Under the pieces are notes generated by a model that was given only the letters and a program-made list of their open reading frames with translations, was not told the DNA's origin and did not search any database. A stretch of 64,000 nt of DNA from an uncultured Gemmatimonadaceae bacterium. GTDB taxonomy: Bacteria > Gemmatimonadota > Gemmatimonadetes > Gemmatimonadales > Gemmatimonadaceae. The DNA lies in the NCBI GenBank assembly GCA_963822945.1, contig CAWGJO010000020.1, positions 893,563 to 957,562 of the forward strand, read 5' to 3'. Of this stretch, positions 1 to 12,090 are shown piece by piece (the first letter of the stretch is position 1; each line of letters starts with the position of its first letter). The position numbers and the translations under genes are program-made.

Positions 1-993
1 TAAGAGAATACACGGGCGCGTCATACGCCATCGCTGTAGTGAACGGTACGGCCGCGTTGCACCTAGCTCTGCGCTTGGTAGGAGTGGAGCGAGACGACGA
101 GGTGCTCACGCCAACGCTGAGTTTCATCGCGGCGGCTAATGCCATTTCATATTGTGGCGCTATCCCCCACTTCGTAGAGAGTGAGGATAGTTCGTTTGGG
201 ATCGATGCTGGAACGCTTCGCGAGTACTTGCGCACGAGTTCTGATTGTCAATGGAGTGTGTATCAATCGAACGACGCAGCGTCGAATTCGTGCACTCGTT
301 CCCATGCATGTCTTCGGTCACCCGGTGGATATCGAATCGTTGGTCGAAGTGCACGGGAGTTTCATCTTGAGTTGGTCGAAGACGCTGCCGAGTCGCTTGG
401 GAGCACGATCGGAAGCCGCCACACCGGCACGTTTGGTCGTCTTGGAACGTTCAGCTTCAACGGCAACAAGACCATCACGACCGGTGGTGGTGGAGCGATC
501 GTGACGAACGATGCCGAACTCGCGCGCCAGGCCAAGCATCTGAGTACGACGGCGAAGGTGCCCATCCATGGGCCTTCATTCACGACGCGGTTGGCTACAA
601 CTATCGAATGCCGAACATCAATGCCGCGCTTGGATGCGCGCAATTGGAACAGCTTCCGGATTTGCTTGCTGCGAAGCGAGTCCTTTTGAGAAGTATCGCT
701 CAGTCTTTGCCGGCTTACCCTCGGTGCGAGTTGTTGGTGAGCGCGAGGGCTGTCGCAGCAATTTTTGGCTTCAGACCCTTCTGCTGCACCCCAACATGGC
801 GGACCAGCGCGATGACATTCTGCTAGCAACGAATGACCGCGGCCTAACTACCCGTCCCGCGTGGACGTTGATGCATCGACTGGCCCCTTATCGCTCGTGC
901 CCAAGAATGGCCGTTCCGGTGGCCGAAGCCTTGGCGAGCCGCATCATCAACATTCCAAGCAGCGCGCAATTGGGAATGGCGGGGCGTCATTGA
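1..993 (+). CDS. legC: LegC-like DegT/DnrJ/EryC1/StrS PLP aminotransferase (5' truncated by the window edge, frameshifted)
   Basis: NGTAALHLAL, VPMHVFGHP, VEDAAESLG, FSFNGNKTITTGGGG (PLP Lys), MPNINAALG and INIPSS lie across successive frames; the gene precedes neuD/neuB/neuC homologues. Confidence 0.85.
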
Positions 994-1619
994 CCGAGAT
1001 GCAGATCTTACTGATCGGCGCCGGAGGACATGCCCGTGCCTGTATCGACGTCGTCGAGGAGGCAGGGCGCTATGCAATTGCTGGCATCCTCGGTCTACCA
1101 CATGAGGTAGGAGGGCGGATTCTCGGGTATCAAGTAATGGGTAGTGACACCGAATTGCCCGTACTAGCCAGGAAGTTCGGGAATGCACTTATCGCCGTCG
1201 GCCAAATCAAGACGCCAGAAAGGCGAATGCAACTGTTTGCGCAACTTGAGCAGATCGGCTGCGAACTACCCACGGTGATTTCACCCTTCGCGCACGTTTC
1301 GAAACATGCGGTCGTGGGAGCAGGGTCAATCGTGATGCACGGAGCGATCGTGAATGCCGGCGCGACTGTTGGCCGCAATTGCATCGTCAATAGTCAGGCG
1401 CTTATCGAGCACGATGTGGTTGTCGAAGATCACTGCCACGTTGCGACGCATGCCGCCGTGAATAGCGGGGTACGGATTGGGGAGGGTTCTTTTGTAGGAA
1501 GTGGGGCTGTCGTTCGGCAAGGAGTGAAAATCGGTGAAAGGTGTGTGATCGGCATGGGCCAGAGTGTCCGGCATGACTGTGTATCGGGTCAGTGGATTCC
1601 ACCGGTTCGTGTTCCATGA
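990..1619 (+). CDS. NeuD/PglD-family sugar acetyltransferase (hexapeptide repeat), LegH-like
   Basis: IGAGGHA N-terminal motif, hexapeptide repeats, IEHD; start TTG 990 or ATG 999. Confidence 0.85.
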   Translation: MTEMQILLIGAGGHARACIDVVEEAGRYAIAGILGLPHEVGGRILGYQVMGSDTELPVLARKFGNALIAVGQIKTPERRMQLFAQLEQIGCELPTVISPFAHVSKHAVVGAGSIVMHGAIVNAGATVGRNCIVNSQALIEHDVVVEDHCHVATHAAVNSGVRIGEGSFVGSGAVVRQGVKIGERCVIGMGQSVRHDCVSGQWIPPVRVP

Positions 1620-2612
1620 GCAAGACTCTGATCATCGCTGAGGCCGGGGTCAACCACAATGGCGATATCGATCTTGCCTGCCAACTCGTTGATGTCGCTG
1701 CGGACGCTGGAGCAGATCTCGTGAAGTTCCAATCGTTCCGTGCGGAGCGGCTAGTGACCCCAGCCGCAGAGAAGGCAACCTACCAGTCGCGCACAACGGA
1801 GGCCGGCGAATCACAGTTCGGCATGCTCCAGCGGCTTAACTCTCACGCCAGATGCATGAACGCCTGATCGCCCATAGCAGGCTCGCGGAATCCGTTTTTT
1901 CTCGACCGGGTTTGACACCGAGAGCGTAGACATGTTGGCCGACTTCGGATTGAATGCTTCAAGGTGCCGTCTGGCGAAATCACGAATCTGCCGTACCTGC
2001 GCCATGTCGGTCGTTTCGGAAAGTCGATTTGCTTTCAACAGGGATGTCGACACTTGGAGAAGTCGAAGCGGCAATCAACGCATTGAGCAGGCGGACACCC
2101 CGTCAACGCATTACAGTGCTCCACTGCAATACCGACTATCCGACAGCCATGGCGGACGTCAACCTGAGAGCCATGCAGACGATTCGCGCTGCATTCGGCG
2201 TCGCGGTCGGATATTCCGATCACACCCAAGGCATCGAAGTCCCAATTGCCGCGGTGGCTCTGGGTGCCCGTGTCATAGAGAAGCACTTTACGCTCGACCG
2301 GGCGCTTCCTGGACCGGACCATCGTGCAAGCATTGAGCCGGATGAACTGACGGCGATGGTGAGAGCGATTCGGAATATCGAAATCGCGCTCGGGGACGGC
2401 ATCAAGCGCCCAAGTGGAAGCGAGAGAAGAACAGGCCGTGGCTCGGAAATCTATCGTCGCCGCGCAGAGCAATTCGAGTTGGAGAGGTCCTCACTGAAGA
2501 CAACTTGACGGTCAAACGGCCAGGGACGGGCATCTCCCCCATGCGGTGGGACGAAATTGTCGGGCGGCGGGCGACCCGGGCCTACGACAGCGAACGATCT
2601 GATCGAATATGA
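1616..2612 (+). CDS. neuB: Nonulosonic acid synthase (NeuB/LegI family), frameshifted
   Basis: IIAEAGVNHNG, DLVKFQ, LSTGMSTLGE, LHCNTDYP, GYSDHT, IEKHFTLDR, GPDH and a C-terminal KRPGTGISPM SAF domain, spread over several frames. Confidence 0.9.
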
Positions 2613-3770
2613 GCCGATCGATTTGCGTGGTCACCGGAACTCGGGCGGAATACGGCCTCCTCCGATGGGTCATGGAAGGAATCCGGGCGCGACCGCATCT
2701 CCGGCTGCAAGTTGTGGCGACTGGTATGCACCTGTCGCCTGAATTCGGCCTTACATACCGGGAGATAGTCCAGGACGGGTTCAGGATCGACCGGAAGGTG
2801 GAAATGTTACTGAGTTCGGATACCGCAGTTGGCGTGACGAAGTCGATGGGGCTCGGCCTCTTGGGGTTCGCGGATGTCTTCGACGACTTGCAACCGGATG
2901 TCGTCGTTCTTGGGCGATCGTTTTGAGGCGTTGTCGGCCGCGGCCGCTGCGATGATCGCACGAATTCCGATCGCACACATCATGGAGGCGAAGTTACGGA
3001 GGGAGCGATCGACGACGCGATCCGGCATTCGATTACGAAGATGTCGCAGTATCACTTTGTTGCAGCTGAGGAATATCAACGGCGCGTGATCCAACTTGGA
3101 GAGGATCCGGGGCGGGTCTTCTCAGTCGGCAGCCTGGGTGTCGACAGCACAAAGAAGCTGCCGTTGCTTGATCGCACTGCGCTGGAAACTGCTCTCGGAT
3201 GCGAGTTGGCTGAGCGCAACTTGTTGATCACCTTCCACCCCGTAACCATCGAAGACGGCATATCGGACGAGCAAATGGCAGAGCTGTTGGCGGCTTTGGC
3301 CGCGCTTCGCACGACTCGACTGATCTTCACCATGCCGAACGCCGACGCTGACGGGCGATCCTTGGCGGCACAGGTGCGGGAATTCGTAGCCGAGCACGAC
3401 AATGCGCGGGCATATACTTCGCTTGGCCAGCTCCGGTACCTATCCTGTATGCAGTTCGTCGACGGCGTGGTCGGCAATTCGTCGAGTGGCATTATCGAGG
3501 CGCCTAGTCTCAAAGCGGGCACAGTCAACATCGGCGACCGGCAAAGTGGGCGCGTAGAGAGCGCGCAGCGTGATTGACTGCGACCCGAGACGAGATTCGA
3601 TTCGTGAGGCGATCGACCGGCTCTACACTGTGGATTATCGAGAGAGTCTTCGCGGCATGAGCAATCCATATGGCAACGGTGGTGCGGGAGAGGCAATCGT
3701 TGAACTGCTGGCTACAGTGAAGCTCAGTGGCAGCGTCAAGAAGCGCTTCCACGACATCCCTTCCGTGTAA
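2609..3770 (+). CDS. neuC: Hydrolysing UDP/GDP-sugar 2-epimerase (NeuC/LegG family), frameshifted
   Basis: VVTGTRAEYGLL, TGMHLSPEFG, LGDRFE, TFHPVT, GNSSSGIIEAP, NIGDRQ, NPYGNG. Confidence 0.9.
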
Positions 3771-3837
3771 ATCGCAGCAATTCCGCTTGCACCGCCAACG
3801 TATTGTAGCCATTGCCCACCGGGCAGGGTGATCACGC

Positions 3838-4917
3838 ATGAGCGACTTTACGACAAGTCGGCGTCGGGTCCAACCGAACTGGCGTGACGCGCAGTTGGTC
3901 GGTGGGGCCACCATCCAGGATGCGATCCAGAGCTTGGATCGGTCGACACTGCAGATTGTGTTGGTGACCGACGCGGACGGTGTGCTGTTGGGAACCGTGA
4001 CAGACGGGGATATTCGGCGCGGGCTGCTGCGCGGATTGGGGATGGGCAGTCCGATTGAGGCGGTCATGAACCGCTCGCCGCTGGTCGTACCTCCGCAAGT
4101 CGGCCGTGAGGCGATCACTCAGCTGATGGAGGTCAACCGGATCCGACAACTCCCTGTTGTGGACGATGCTCGGCGCATGGTTGGCCTTCACACGTGGGAC
4201 GCAATTCCCACAATCGCCCGGCGCGACGAGGAGATGGTGATTATGGCGGGGGGAAAGGGAACCCGCCTGCGGCCACATACGGAGAACTGTCCCAAGCCCC
4301 TGCTTCGCGTCGGCGGCAAACCAATGCTTGAGCACATCATTGAGCGCGCGAAAGGTGGCGGCTTTTACCGGTTCATCATTGCTGTGCAGTACCTGGGGCA
4401 CATGATCGAAGAGTACTTCGGAGATGGTAGCAAGTGGAACGTTGATATTCGGTATCTACGAGAGCCAACGCCACTCGGGACCGCCGGGGCGCTTGCACTA
4501 CTCGACCCTCGGCCGATCTTACCGTTCCTGGTGACGAACGGGGACGTACTGACCGACATTCGGTATGAAGATCTGCTTGCGTTTCACGTGCGGCACGGAG
4601 CTGCCGGAACCATGGCCGTGCAACTCCATGAATGGCAACAGCCATTCGGTGTTGTGCACATTGACGGGGTGGACATCGTCAGTTTCGAGGAGAAGCCAAT
4701 TTCCCGAAGCCACATCAACGCCGGGATCTACGCGCTAAACCCCAGCGCCCTCGACGCATTGATCGATGGCGAACCGTGCGATATGCCAACGCTATTTACT
4801 CGATTGCAGGAAGCTAAGGCTCGCACAATCGTCTATCCTATTCATGAACCTTGGCTTGACGTCGGACGCGACGACGATCTCAAGCGTGCACGAGCGCTAA
4901 CAGATCACGCCGGCTAA
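3838..4917 (+). CDS. CBS-domain nucleotidyltransferase (PtmE-like sugar-1-phosphate guanylyltransferase)
   Basis: N-terminal CBS pair (GTVTDGDIRR), MAGGKGTRL, PKPLL, LGTAG, NGD, WLDVG; intact 359-aa ORF. Confidence 0.85.
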   Translation: MSDFTTSRRRVQPNWRDAQLVGGATIQDAIQSLDRSTLQIVLVTDADGVLLGTVTDGDIRRGLLRGLGMGSPIEAVMNRSPLVVPPQVGREAITQLMEVNRIRQLPVVDDARRMVGLHTWDAIPTIARRDEEMVIMAGGKGTRLRPHTENCPKPLLRVGGKPMLEHIIERAKGGGFYRFIIAVQYLGHMIEEYFGDGSKWNVDIRYLREPTPLGTAGALALLDPRPILPFLVTNGDVLTDIRYEDLLAFHVRHGAAGTMAVQLHEWQQPFGVVHIDGVDIVSFEEKPISRSHINAGIYALNPSALDALIDGEPCDMPTLFTRLQEAKARTIVYPIHEPWLDVGRDDDLKRARALTDHAG

Positions 4918-5289
4918 TCACGCTGACCTATCTTGGCGGGCTTGACCACAGCAGGACGATCGTGCACGCATCTAGCTGCCAGGAAGCGCAGTCGAGAGGA
5001 CACCACTGGTGACGGCGGCCGGTTCCGGTCGGAAGGACTGGAAGTGCACAACGCTCGGGTCGGCGGCCGACGCGACTTGGACTCCGCTCTTCCCTCTTTC
5101 ATGGCGCGATCAATCTGGGGAGCTGGAGAGAGTGGAGGCGGGCCAATCGAACGCCGATGCTTTCGTGCTTAGACTTCGGCCGAGAATTCCTGAGGCATGT
5201 CTCGGGACTTGTCTGATGAGACCGGTCTCGGTCGCCACTAGAATCGTTCAGAAGCGGCCCTCCGTGCCCACAAGATCAAAGCACAACCG

Positions 5290-6591
5290 GTGCAATCAGT
5301 GACGCTTGAAGAACGTCGAGTACTGCCCAGAGTGCGACAAGCATTCGGATCACTCGGCCGGGATGCAGCGATCTATACGGCTGGTAACGCGCTCAGCGCA
5401 GCCGTCCCAGTTCTCCTGCTGCCGATCTTGACCAGGCGTTTGACGGTTGATGCGTATGGCATTCTCGGCATGTTCGACCTCGTGGTCGGCCTGGTTCTCC
5501 CGATCGTCGGGCTCAATCTGCAGGGCGCAATTGCCCGGCAGTATTATGAGCGCGATTCAATCGACTTCCCAGCCTACGTCGGCACCTGCCTCATCATAAG
5601 TGCTGGGATGCTCTTGGTTGGCGGGGTCGGACTTGCGGGGCTGCACTCTACGATCACCGAGTACACTGGCATACCAGGGCCGTGGATCAGCTGGGTATTG
5701 GTCGCAGCGTTTGGTCAGTTTCTGGTCCAAGCCAGCCTGACCATCTGGCAGGTCCGCGAGCAGCCGGTGCGCTTCGGCGCATTTCGAGTATCCCAAACCG
5801 CGATCAACATCACGCTGTCTTTGGTGCTGGTTCTTGTCTTGGACTTGAGTTGGCGCGGTCGCGTCCTGGGGCAGAGTATTTCGTTCAGTCTATTTGGGAT
5901 TGCCGGAATCGTCGGCATGTGGCGCGCCGGTTGGATACGATTCGACTGGGTCTCAGCGTACGCCCGGAATGCCATGCGCTTCGGCCTTCCATTAATACCG
6001 CACACGATCGGATTTTGGGCGATCATGATGGTAGATCGGCTGTTCGTCAGCGTGATGCTCGGCCCAGCGGATGTGGGCCGTTACACAGCGGCGTATCAAA
6101 TCGGGATGGGAGTGAGCCTGCTTCAGACATCATTCAATCAGGCGTGGACTCCATGGCTATACGGACGGCTCAAGGAGGGCACGACTGCGAGTCGACGCAT
6201 GATCGTTCGGTTTACCTATGGATACTACGGAGCGATGTTGCTCCTCGCCGCTCTGCTCGCGATTGCTGCTCCCATGATCGGTCGCGTGGTACTTGGTAGC
6301 GCCTTTCAGCAGAGCATCGGCATCATTGGGTGGATTGGGCTTGGGTACGCATTCAACGGCATGTACAAGATGGTCACGAATTACATCTTCTATGCGGAGA
6401 AGACGTACGTGCTCGCTTGGGTCACATTGGGTACGGCGATCGTTGGTGCAGGCTTGAACTACGTATTGATCAAAGCCAACGGATTGACCGGGGCAGCTCA
6501 AGCCTCATGCGCGACGTTCTTCTTGAGCTTTCTAGCCACTTGGGTACTTGCACACCGTGTGTTTCCCATGCCGTGGCGCCTCCAGCCGTGA
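5290..6591 (+). CDS. wzx: Wzx-type polysaccharide flippase
   Basis: Polytopic hydrophobic 433-aa ORF with LLLPILTR..YG, VDRLFV and G.YTAAY motifs; start may be GTG 5299. Confidence 0.85.
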   Translation: MQSVTLEERRVLPRVRQAFGSLGRDAAIYTAGNALSAAVPVLLLPILTRRLTVDAYGILGMFDLVVGLVLPIVGLNLQGAIARQYYERDSIDFPAYVGTCLIISAGMLLVGGVGLAGLHSTITEYTGIPGPWISWVLVAAFGQFLVQASLTIWQVREQPVRFGAFRVSQTAINITLSLVLVLVLDLSWRGRVLGQSISFSLFGIAGIVGMWRAGWIRFDWVSAYARNAMRFGLPLIPHTIGFWAIMMVDRLFVSVMLGPADVGRYTAAYQIGMGVSLLQTSFNQAWTPWLYGRLKEGTTASRRMIVRFTYGYYGAMLLLAALLAIAAPMIGRVVLGSAFQQSIGIIGWIGLGYAFNGMYKMVTNYIFYAEKTYVLAWVTLGTAIVGAGLNYVLIKANGLTGAAQASCATFFLSFLATWVLAHRVFPMPWRLQP

Positions 6592-7710
6592 CGCCACCGA
6601 TTACACTGCCTCCCTCTGAGAAGGCAAGAGCGACGGTCCATTCGCTGGACTTCTGGATCGGAGTGCTGATCGCACTTCCCATTGTCTATCCGGTGCAGCC
6701 TGTCGTTCCGTTTGCCATCGCAGCCTATGCCCTCCTGCTGGTCCGAATGAACCCATCTCGCGGCCAGGTGCTAGGTGTGCTCTTGCTCGCGGGCCTGGGG
6801 ATCTTGAGTTCGCTGTTGAGCCCCTATGCGGTAGAGATCGGGCTTCCGCGGAGCCATGTACACAGCCCTGGGCTATTCGATGTACCTGTGCGGCACCGGG
6901 GTGCGCGATAGGTGGCAGCTTGGTCTTGGCTACACATGGATCATGCGCGCATTCGCTGTCGTCACGGTTGTCGCCTTCTTTTTGCTCGGCGTCTATCACG
7001 CTGGGTGGCGTCTGTACCAAGAGGGGCCGGTTCGGGGCTGGGCGATGGGGTTCTTGCCGGGCTGGCCGAACTACTTTGCGTTTTTCCTCGGCGTCGCCCT
7101 CTTGATGGAGGCGTTTTGGTGGAAGCAAGCCTTCTGGACTCTGGTCCTTATCGTAGCCATTGGTATGACAGGATCACGGACCGGACTGCTCGCGGTTGGT
7201 ATCTGCGGCCTTGGCCTCGCAGCCAATGGGTTGCGGAGTCGACGTGCGCGCTGGCCCCTGGTAATTGCGCTAGCCGTGGCGGGCGGGCTGATACTAGAAC
7301 GGGTTGGTGGACTCGTACTCTTTGCGGCCCAACATCACCAACTGGTGACTCGTTTAGCACGCGCAAACGATCGCATGGCCATATACCGGTATGCGTGGGG
7401 GATCTTTTCCACCCATCCCACAATTGGCATCGGCGACATCGTTCTGAACCAGGACTTCGGCGCCCCGGGGAGCGCCTTCCATAATTCATATCTTGAGATG
7501 CTGGTTCGCGAGGGCGTACTAGGGTTCAGTATGTGGCTGTTTCTGCTCTTTCCACGGAGTCGGTGGCCAACGATGAATCGGCGTTGGGCGTTCCTGGCAC
7601 TCTTTCTGATTGCGGCACTCTTCAATGATATCTTTCGCAATCCGCACTCGATCTTGTTGTATGCCGTGCTCTTTCTTGGCAGTCCTGAGAGTGCGCTCCC
7701 TGAAAGCTAG
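6588..7710 (+). CDS. Wzy/O-antigen ligase family membrane protein (frameshift near 6850)
   Basis: Hydrophobic helices, TGSRTG, HPTIGIG, HNSYLEMLVREGVLG. Confidence 0.75.
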
Positions 7711-7730
7711 GCCGACGAGATCGTGCAAAT

Positions 7731-9187
7731 ATGAGTCTCTACGTCATTCTTGAAGATGGAAGAAGGAGCCCAGACGCCGGCTTGGACGGCCTTTCCGTTC
7801 GACATCTTTGTCAGCGAAGCCCATCGACAATATCCGAGCGCCTTGCGGAACTCGACCATGAAGGCTCCGATCGCGCCAGCTTGGCAAATTTATACTTTGC
7901 GAAGAGTTGGCGGGCGCGCGAGCTCACGATTCTGTGGTGGATGTGCGAGCGCCGGTCGGCGGAACTAGTGTCCATCATCTGCGCGTACACGCAACCGATA
8001 CTTGAGCACCTACTGGGACGTGCGCTCCCGCCGAACGTTGTCGTGGTAACGCGAGGCAGGGAAACGCCCGATGTAACGCTCGGCCAGGTCGGGACCGTGA
8101 TATTGAAGGCGCTATTGCACCGCTCTTATCGGCTAATCGGATATCGAGGCGGGCGGCTGAAGAGGAGATCTGCGATCCGCGCATACGGCGAGATTTCCTC
8201 CCGGCTATACAGCGTTGAGCAAGAGTCGGCATGCCTGTTGATCTACCCGGTCGCGTATGGATGGGAGGCGCACCGGCGATATGTCCGACAAATGCTCCGC
8301 ATCCATCCCGCCGCGATCCGGCCGGTCTTCCGTACAGTTTCAGGGCGCTTGCGCGCGCTCTTCTCGCGGTCCCTCACCAACGAGGCAGATGCTGGCGCGA
8401 GCCGAGGTCACCGCGGGGACCGAACATGCGACCAGAGCTGAGGGGCTCCGGGGTCGAAACGCTATACGCAGCTGATGAATTCAAAGTATCAGCGTTTCGT
8501 TGCATTCAGCGTTTCAGAGAGCCGGCGGGCGATCCGTGAACACGGCTCACGGAATTGGCGTATATGCTGCGCAAACGTGCTACGCGGAGTTCAGGGTCAT
8601 GACGACGGCTCAGCAACGGCATTACGGCTCGAGTCATCCGGAAACCAGATTCATTTTCAGCCCGATCACGGCAAGACGTCCCACCCCGCCTGGCGACGGA
8701 CGGTTTGATCCCGGCGTGGTTCTGATCGACCAGTATACGTCCTTTCGCGAATACCCATATGAGTCTCGCGCTCAAGCCATGCTACCTACAACTCCTAGTG
8801 AAGTCTGCGGATGCGTCAGGGCTTTCAGTAGCTATCAAAGCGCATCCGACGGTGAGTCGAAAGTTAGGACGTCGGATGGCGCAATCGACTGGAGTACCGG
8901 TCTTTCACTCATGGGAGGACTTACCCTTCCGCAACCCAATCCTGGTAGGCATAAAGTCCACCGTGCTGCTCGAATGCATGGGGCTTTGGCCGACGCTTGC
9001 GTATGATGACGGTCTACTGATGCCGGAGCAGTACTTCGGCGACGCAGTCGTCCGGTTCACGCCAGACAGCCTAACCGCGATCCTGCGGCGACTAGCAGTG
9101 CAGACGGGATGGGAACAGGAGGTCAGAGACCAGGAAGCGATGCTTCGTCGGAACACAAAGCGCGACGTGGAGATGGCCAGCCGATAA
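7731..9187 (+). CDS. Hypothetical protein, possible GT-B nonulosonate transferase (multiple frameshifts)
   Basis: Co-oriented fragments 7731-8441, 8500-9006 and 8759-9187 fill the gap; TAHGIG and IKAHP motifs; position after wzx/wzy. Confidence 0.4.
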
Positions 9188-9325
9188 TGGCGGTTGGCTG
9201 GATGAAGCCCGGCCGTTCAGGTGAACCGGATCAAGACAGCGCGGGGCTCCGGACGGCGAAGATCGGGAAAACCGACACCGCTTCATCATGGTGCGCGTTG
9301 CTCAAGAGGCGCGAATCCGGGATCG

Positions 9326-10385
9326 CTATGTGTCCCGGTGCGTGGGTATGGAAAGTTGAGCACGAGTCTCAGCGATGGCTGTGAACAGATCATGAATTGG
9401 ATCTCCCGGTGACGCGTCGGCCCGGGCAAGCGCTAGCAGTACCCACGTCATCGAAAGAATCGTTCCCAGCAAACCACCCAATACAAGTTTGAGCAAGAGT
9501 CGACGTGCCTCGGGCAAGTTCGGGGCATTCCCTGGCGCGATAATGGTGATCTGTGGTGTAGCGCGGGCTTCCTCAAGTCTTGCTTGCTCGTATGCTTGGC
9601 GAAGGCCGGTGACGACCTGCTGGCGCATTTGCACCTCGCGCTGCAGGCGATCCAATTGCAGTTGAAGGAGCGACGGACTGTTGAACTGTCTGTTTCGCAG
9701 CATGAACGCCTCGGCAGAGTCTTCAGCGGTAGCTAAGGCCGCTTCGCTCTCCTTCAGGCGGCCTTCGGCGAACCGGCGCTCTGCTCCTGCCTGGCTCTGG
9801 CGGGTCCTGGTGTCAAACTCCTGAACGAGAACTAGCACACGTTGAGCGATGGAAGCTGATAGAGTGGCCACTGCGTGGTGACGTGAATCGTGACGATGCC
9901 TGTTTGATCATCGGCTGACACATCCAGGAGCTTCAGCAACAGTCTCGCAGCAAGTGCGCGCTCTGCCCCGGGGGTCTGAGCGTGCACGTTGTAGACGCGC
10001 GCAAGGTCTCCCGTTACCGATGTATCGGTACCAAAGCCGAACAGCCTCGACGACTTCCTTACTTGATAGGACCCCGCGACGAGGGAATCGATAATTGGCT
10101 GCGATCTTATCAGAGAAACGTAGAACTCTGGCGACTCCTCGGGCGAACTTCCTGGTAGGGTTAGCGAGAACTGGGAGGCCAGCGCGCTGAGGGAGCTGGG
10201 CAATCCGTTTTGGGAAGTGGGAATGAAGCGGCTGTCGTCTTCCACATGCGCGGTGCAACCAGCGCCACGACAACCCCAATCACCGATCCCAGCGCAAAGC
10301 CGCAAACGACTAGCCAGCGCTGTCGGAGTAGCGCTGTCATAAAGCGAACGAGTGTCAGCGGACGGGACGTATGTGCGACGTTCAT
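9326..10385 (-). CDS. Wzz/GumC chain-length determinant (frameshifted)
   Basis: N-terminal TM after LLRQRWLV, coiled coil (LQLDRLQREVQMRQQV..YEQARLEEAR), proline-rich motif and C-terminal TM; three fragments. Confidence 0.75.
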
Positions 10386-10753
10386 TGGGTCGGATTGCCG
10401 TAACAGGTCAAGTACCACGGGCTTCGAAAGCTAGCGACGCGAGAGCAGCTGAGCGAACTCAAACTGGTCCGCTCCGTTTCACGTTGCTAGACGTTCTTCG
10501 GAGTCGTCGCGAGAGTCCAAAACGTGGGTATACGGCGACTTGACAGTCAAGTGGGGGCTTGACGGTGAGCAATGCGGGCACCGCACCAATGCGCCGGACC
10601 ACGGCGGGTATACGTCGGCCGGATGGATAGGGCAGGCCCCGTACTTTGAGGGCAGTCGGACCGTCGGTTGGGCGGTCAGGCCTTAGCCCGATCCTAGCCG
10701 GTTCCCCGCTAGAGGCGATTGCCGAAGGCGCATAGCTTCCAGTATCCGTTCAG

Positions 10754-12079
10754 ATGAGGTTTCAGGTGTCCATTAGTCGCCGGGATTTCATTGTTGCGGC
10801 CTCCGCGTCCGGTCTCGCGGGAGTCACTCTGCCAGGCAGTATTCGAGCCGTACCACCCGGTAGGCCGGGAGTCTTCGAGGTCAATGGATTTGGAGGAAAG
10901 GGCGACGGGATTGCTGACGACACGGCAGCTATGCAAGCCGCGATCGATGCAGCGGACAAAGCGGGCGGTGGCGTCGTCTTACTCGAACCGGGCAGTACCT
11001 ATCTTGTAACGCAGGAGGTACAACTTCGCGCTGACCGTGCAACGTTTGTTGCGTCCAATGCTCAGGTCGTTGGTCCAGAGGGCGGGACGCGTGCCGGGGA
11101 CCTGCTTTGCATCGTGGACCGGCGCGCGCCGTCGCGCACGAATTCTTGGCGCCTCGGTACGTGGTGGGATGTGGCACCCAAGAGCGGGAACGGATAATGC
11201 GATCGGGGTTGTATCGGCCCGGGACTGCAGCATCTCGGGTTGTACCATCGATCTCTCCACAGGGCAGCGCGGGATTGTGGTCGAATCGCGATTCGGGGCC
11301 TCAGGCCAGCAGGTTTCGAGTCTCAACTTATCCGGCATCCACACGTTCGGTGGGGGCAAGCATGGCATCTTCGTGCTCGCGCAGGGCCAGGAAGGAGGTG
11401 TGGAGCAGATCAGCCTACATGAGATCAGAATCGACGATGCGGAGGTTGGGCTATGGGTGGGATCTCGATTCCGACAACCGGTCCGCAGCCAGCGTGACGG
11501 GTCCGGCATTTCGATCTACGGATCCAGCAAGGGGGCTCTAGTCCTGCTGCGGGTCAAGATAGTATGTTCACTGATCTCCAGATTCAGACGAATCACGGGC
11601 CAGGTCTCCAAGCGCGTCAGCTCGCCCGCGTCTCAATTCGAGGTGTGCTCCTCACGTGCATCCGGCCTGCTTCGGGCAATGAACCCAATCCCAGCCAAGC
11701 CGTCACATTGGTCAGCGGTACCGGACAAAATGGAAGCACACTGCTGGTCGACATGACCATTAGTGGCCCCTGGGGTTCCGCATTGAGCCTGCGGCAAGAC
11801 AACACCATTGTCGACGGCATGATCATCGACGGCGCCACCGTCGGAGTGGATGGGGGACCCAATCCACCATCTTCGGCCGATTGCTCGTGCGCAACTGCTC
11901 GTTGCCCGTTCGCCAGACCTAGAGTCCAGGTGAGGTTTGGGAGGTTCGGCCACTGGTCGAACTCGGCGGTCAGCTCCATTACATTAACGTTCGGTCCTCG
12001 TCGGGCCTGCCAAACGAACCGCCGCTTTGAGATGGCGCCGGCGTCCGGCGCGCAATCACCATTGGCCACGAAGAACTGA
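10754..12079 (+). CDS. Tat-exported parallel beta-helix (pectate lyase 3/GH28-like) protein, frameshifted
   Basis: SRRDF twin-arginine signal; FGGKGDGIADDTAAMQAAID motif; beta-helix-like fragments continue in 11037-11756 and 11564-12079. Confidence 0.65.
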
Positions 12080-12090
12080 CAGGGGGCTTG

